A stretch of DNA of 64,000 nt from Saccostrea cucullata (lineage: Eukaryota): NCBI RefSeq assembly GCF_032062105.1, contig NW_026940736.1, forward strand, positions 744,001 to 808,000. The letters run 5' to 3'. Shown here piece by piece: positions 61,981 to 64,000 of this stretch; position 1 is the first letter of the stretch, and each line of letters opens with the position of its first letter. A program made the position numbers and the translations under genes. Under the pieces are notes generated by a model that had not been told where the DNA came from, made no database searches, and worked only from the letters and a program-made list of their open reading frames with translations.

Positions 61981-62887
61981 GGTCAGTAACTGAAAAATAA
62001 TTATCGTGGTATGTAATTACTGTACTCTCCATGTGTACAATGTGGAAACTTATTTATATACTGTGACTGTATTGAAGCTTTTATATGTCTGAGGTCGGAT
62101 ACTATAATGGTTTGAGGAATGACGCTTTACAATTTTGAGCTGAAAATTCTTTAACACCTCCTTTTTGCATTTATTAAATATTCGATTGTCGTTTCATTAT
62201 TCGATTGTCGGTCCATTCGACTGATAGTTGAATAGTCGACTATTCGTTGACATCCCTAGTAAAAAGGTACATGTATGACTGATGTCATGAATTTAACTTT
62301 GTCAATGTGAAGATTACATAAAATCTTGTACATATGAGTTACCTACATAATTATGTCCCCTTGAACAGATGAAAAATTAAGCCCCAAAAATTTATATGAA
62401 TACAAGCATGTAGTTCATTTAAGTTTGTTCTTTCCTTGCTTGTAGATCTTTTGCTAAAAAGAAATCCTCCTCAATCTTGGACACGTCTCATCTGCATAAT
62501 CAAGTCCACCCCTCAGATACCATCCCCGAAGAACACGAATCCCCCCGCCGCACTCGTCACAAGGATCTCAACAGAGCCTTCGCAGCAATCAAACCAACTA
62601 CGACATCCACAAGTTTAGGCAGCTTGCTAGATTCCTCATCTCTAGACATGGACGAATCAGCAAATAGAAGACTTTTACTAGAATGCAAGAACCCTTTGCA
62701 TGTAATTGATGGATCATGTGAGAGGTACTACATGGGCATCATTGACTTTTTTACCCAGTACGAGTGTAAACAGAGAGTCGCTCGGGTTCTGAAGGTGTGT
62801 AAGAATTGTTCGTGTGATCACTCTACGGTTCCGCCGGACATTTACGCCGAGAGATTTCTGAGATTTATTGAAGAGAGGACTATTTAA
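54594..62887 (+). CDS. PIP5KL1: Phosphatidylinositol-4-phosphate 5-kinase-like protein (PIP5KL1-like), ~445 aa, 9 exons
   Basis: Exons 54594-54779, 55616-55681, 55849-56006, 56232-56300, 56880-56970, 57254-57349, 58209-58281, 58489-58645, 62446-62887. In phase, 1338 nt. PIPK motifs SNSRSGQDFFLS, FILKT, SLIVKFLGLY, RFDLKGC, LKDQNF, QDYSLLLG, YYMGIIDFFT, STVPPDIYAERF. Confidence 0.9.
54899..55445 (+). repeat. Tandem array of three degenerate tRNA-like units (~230-240 bp period)
   Basis: A-box-like TAGCTCAG...TAGAGC at ~54908 and ~55150 and TGGTTCAGTTGGTAG at ~55378. Anticodon-arm-like CTG(G/A)CTAGTGAT, and a B-box GGTTCAAACCC at ~55422. Confidence 0.6.
58998..62258. mobile_element. hAT-superfamily non-autonomous element with an 8-bp TSD, in PIP5KL1 intron 8
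   Basis: TIRs TAGGGATGTCAA / TTGACATCCCTA, direct repeat GTAAAAAG at 58990-58997 and 62259-62266, and subterminal TAGTCGACTA palindromes at both ends. Confidence 0.9.
59547..61978 (+). mobile_element. Complete HINE with a ~167-168 bp satellite array, nested in the hAT element
   Basis: 5' AAACAAGAGGCCCATGGGCC...AGGTCACCTGAG, ~10 tandem units (TAGAGCCCCGCCCTAACAC), a (GAC)n-type microsatellite at ~61895-61933, and a 3' palindrome AGGTCACCTGAGTGACTCAGGTGACCTAAAA. The long ORFs here result from the 168-bp (3n) period. Confidence 0.9.
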
Positions 62888-63334
62888 TTTAATTGGTTAA
62901 TAGTAGATTTTACCATATGGTATGTTATATTTCTATGCACTAACAAAAAATTCTCTTTATGATGCTGTAGGTATGTTTACATGCAGGGATAGGGGTTGAT
63001 TTAACTATTTGATAGTGTATTTTGGAAGTGCACATTCCTGATATGAAATACTTTGCTCAACTAATCAGTGTTGTTGTAGATGTTTAAGGAACACATGTTT
63101 TAATACTAGTATTATTTTCCTTATATATTTCTGTACCAGTACTTGACTGCTAAAAAAAATTTCTTTTCTCATACACTGTGTCATTCACCAAGTAGGCATA
63201 GCAATCTGGTTAAACAAAGCAATCAATTTAAAGTTGGTATTTCCAATACATGTTTTGTTTTTAAAATGGATATTTTTTGCAAATGAGATTAATTAAACTA
63301 TAAATACTTTCTTTTTGTGTATTTTTGTATTCAC

Positions 63335-63610
63335 AATTTTTGTTTTTATGACGTCACAAACTAGTCTGATTTTATATTCTTTTTCAGAAAGAGGACAAAA
63401 TGGACAAAATTTCAACAATTTTAGCTTTAAAATTTATAGAGCGCATGTGTGTTCAGGAACAATATTGACATATTTCATTGATATTATCATTCTACACATT
63501 ATATCAAAATATTGTTTTACAAAAATTTGGTAAAATTCATAAAAAACTGAAATTTTCTAACCATGCATTTATTTATCTACTGAACTTAATATAATATATC
63601 TCCATCAAAT
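63335..63610 (+). mobile_element. Internal fragment of the MITE family at 6418-6999
   Basis: Near-identical TTTTCAGAAAGAGGACAAAATGGACAAAATTTCAAC...GTTCAGGAACAATATTGACATATTTCATTGATATTATCATT block. Confidence 0.75.
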
Positions 63611-64000
63611 ATTCTGGAACTTCTAACCATGCATTTATTTATCTACTGAATATTCTGGAGCAGAGAAGAATTACTGCATTTTCACTGATCATTAGAGCCC
63701 CACCCAAACACCCCTGACCCAAGGGGTCATGAAATTCACATTAGTTTGTACAGAAGCAGAGGGAAAAAAATTTTAAAGGAATAAGGCAATCCATTGCACT
63801 AAACTGTATATAAATTTATCTAGATTTTTCCCCATCCAGGGCCCAGTAGGTTCCATAATTATTTTAGTTTCCAGGTACATGTACTGCAGGAAGCAAACAA
63901 GAGCTTGAGAGTCTGCTCATGTCATTCATCTGTGCTAAAAGTTTTTCTAGGTTTAGCCTTTCATACAAACTTAAAATGTTAAAGAAATGAATTATCTCCC

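Noticed and set aside
60126-62000. Repetitive ORFs (KIVNFMAPGSGVLVLGRG...) as a repeat protein
   Set aside because: They are a by-product of a 168-bp satellite inside a HINE. They are interrupted by stops and frameshifts and lie antisense within an intron.

Overview
AT-rich, intron-rich animal genomic DNA. The repeat types and gene styles suggest a bivalve mollusc, probably an oyster (inference). Seven intact protein-coding genes can be assembled with in-phase GT-AG introns. In order: a single-C2-domain synaptotagmin-like gene that the ORF track largely misses (-), a CNBD2-like cyclic-nucleotide-binding gene (+), a FAM166/CIMIP2-like ciliary microtubule inner protein gene (-), two divergently oriented uncharacterised genes sharing an EL-x2-IV-x-RL-x-RPT-x2-SR motif (- and +), HENMT1 (-), and a PIP5KL1-like kinase (+) head-to-head with HENMT1. 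There is also an LTR-disrupted NHL/TRIM-like pseudogene fragment. Introns and spacers hold many non-autonomous transposons: Helentron-associated HINEs carrying 157-168 bp satellite arrays, hAT, MULE and mariner-type MITEs (several nested, some with intact TSDs), SINE and Penelope-like remnants, and a tRNA-like tandem array. I found no clearly new multi-gene system. The best leads are the hidden Ca-independent C2 gene, the shared motif in the two orphan genes, a 5.5 kb composite HINE, and a TIR-enclosed duplicate of the CIMIP2 promoter/exon-1 region.
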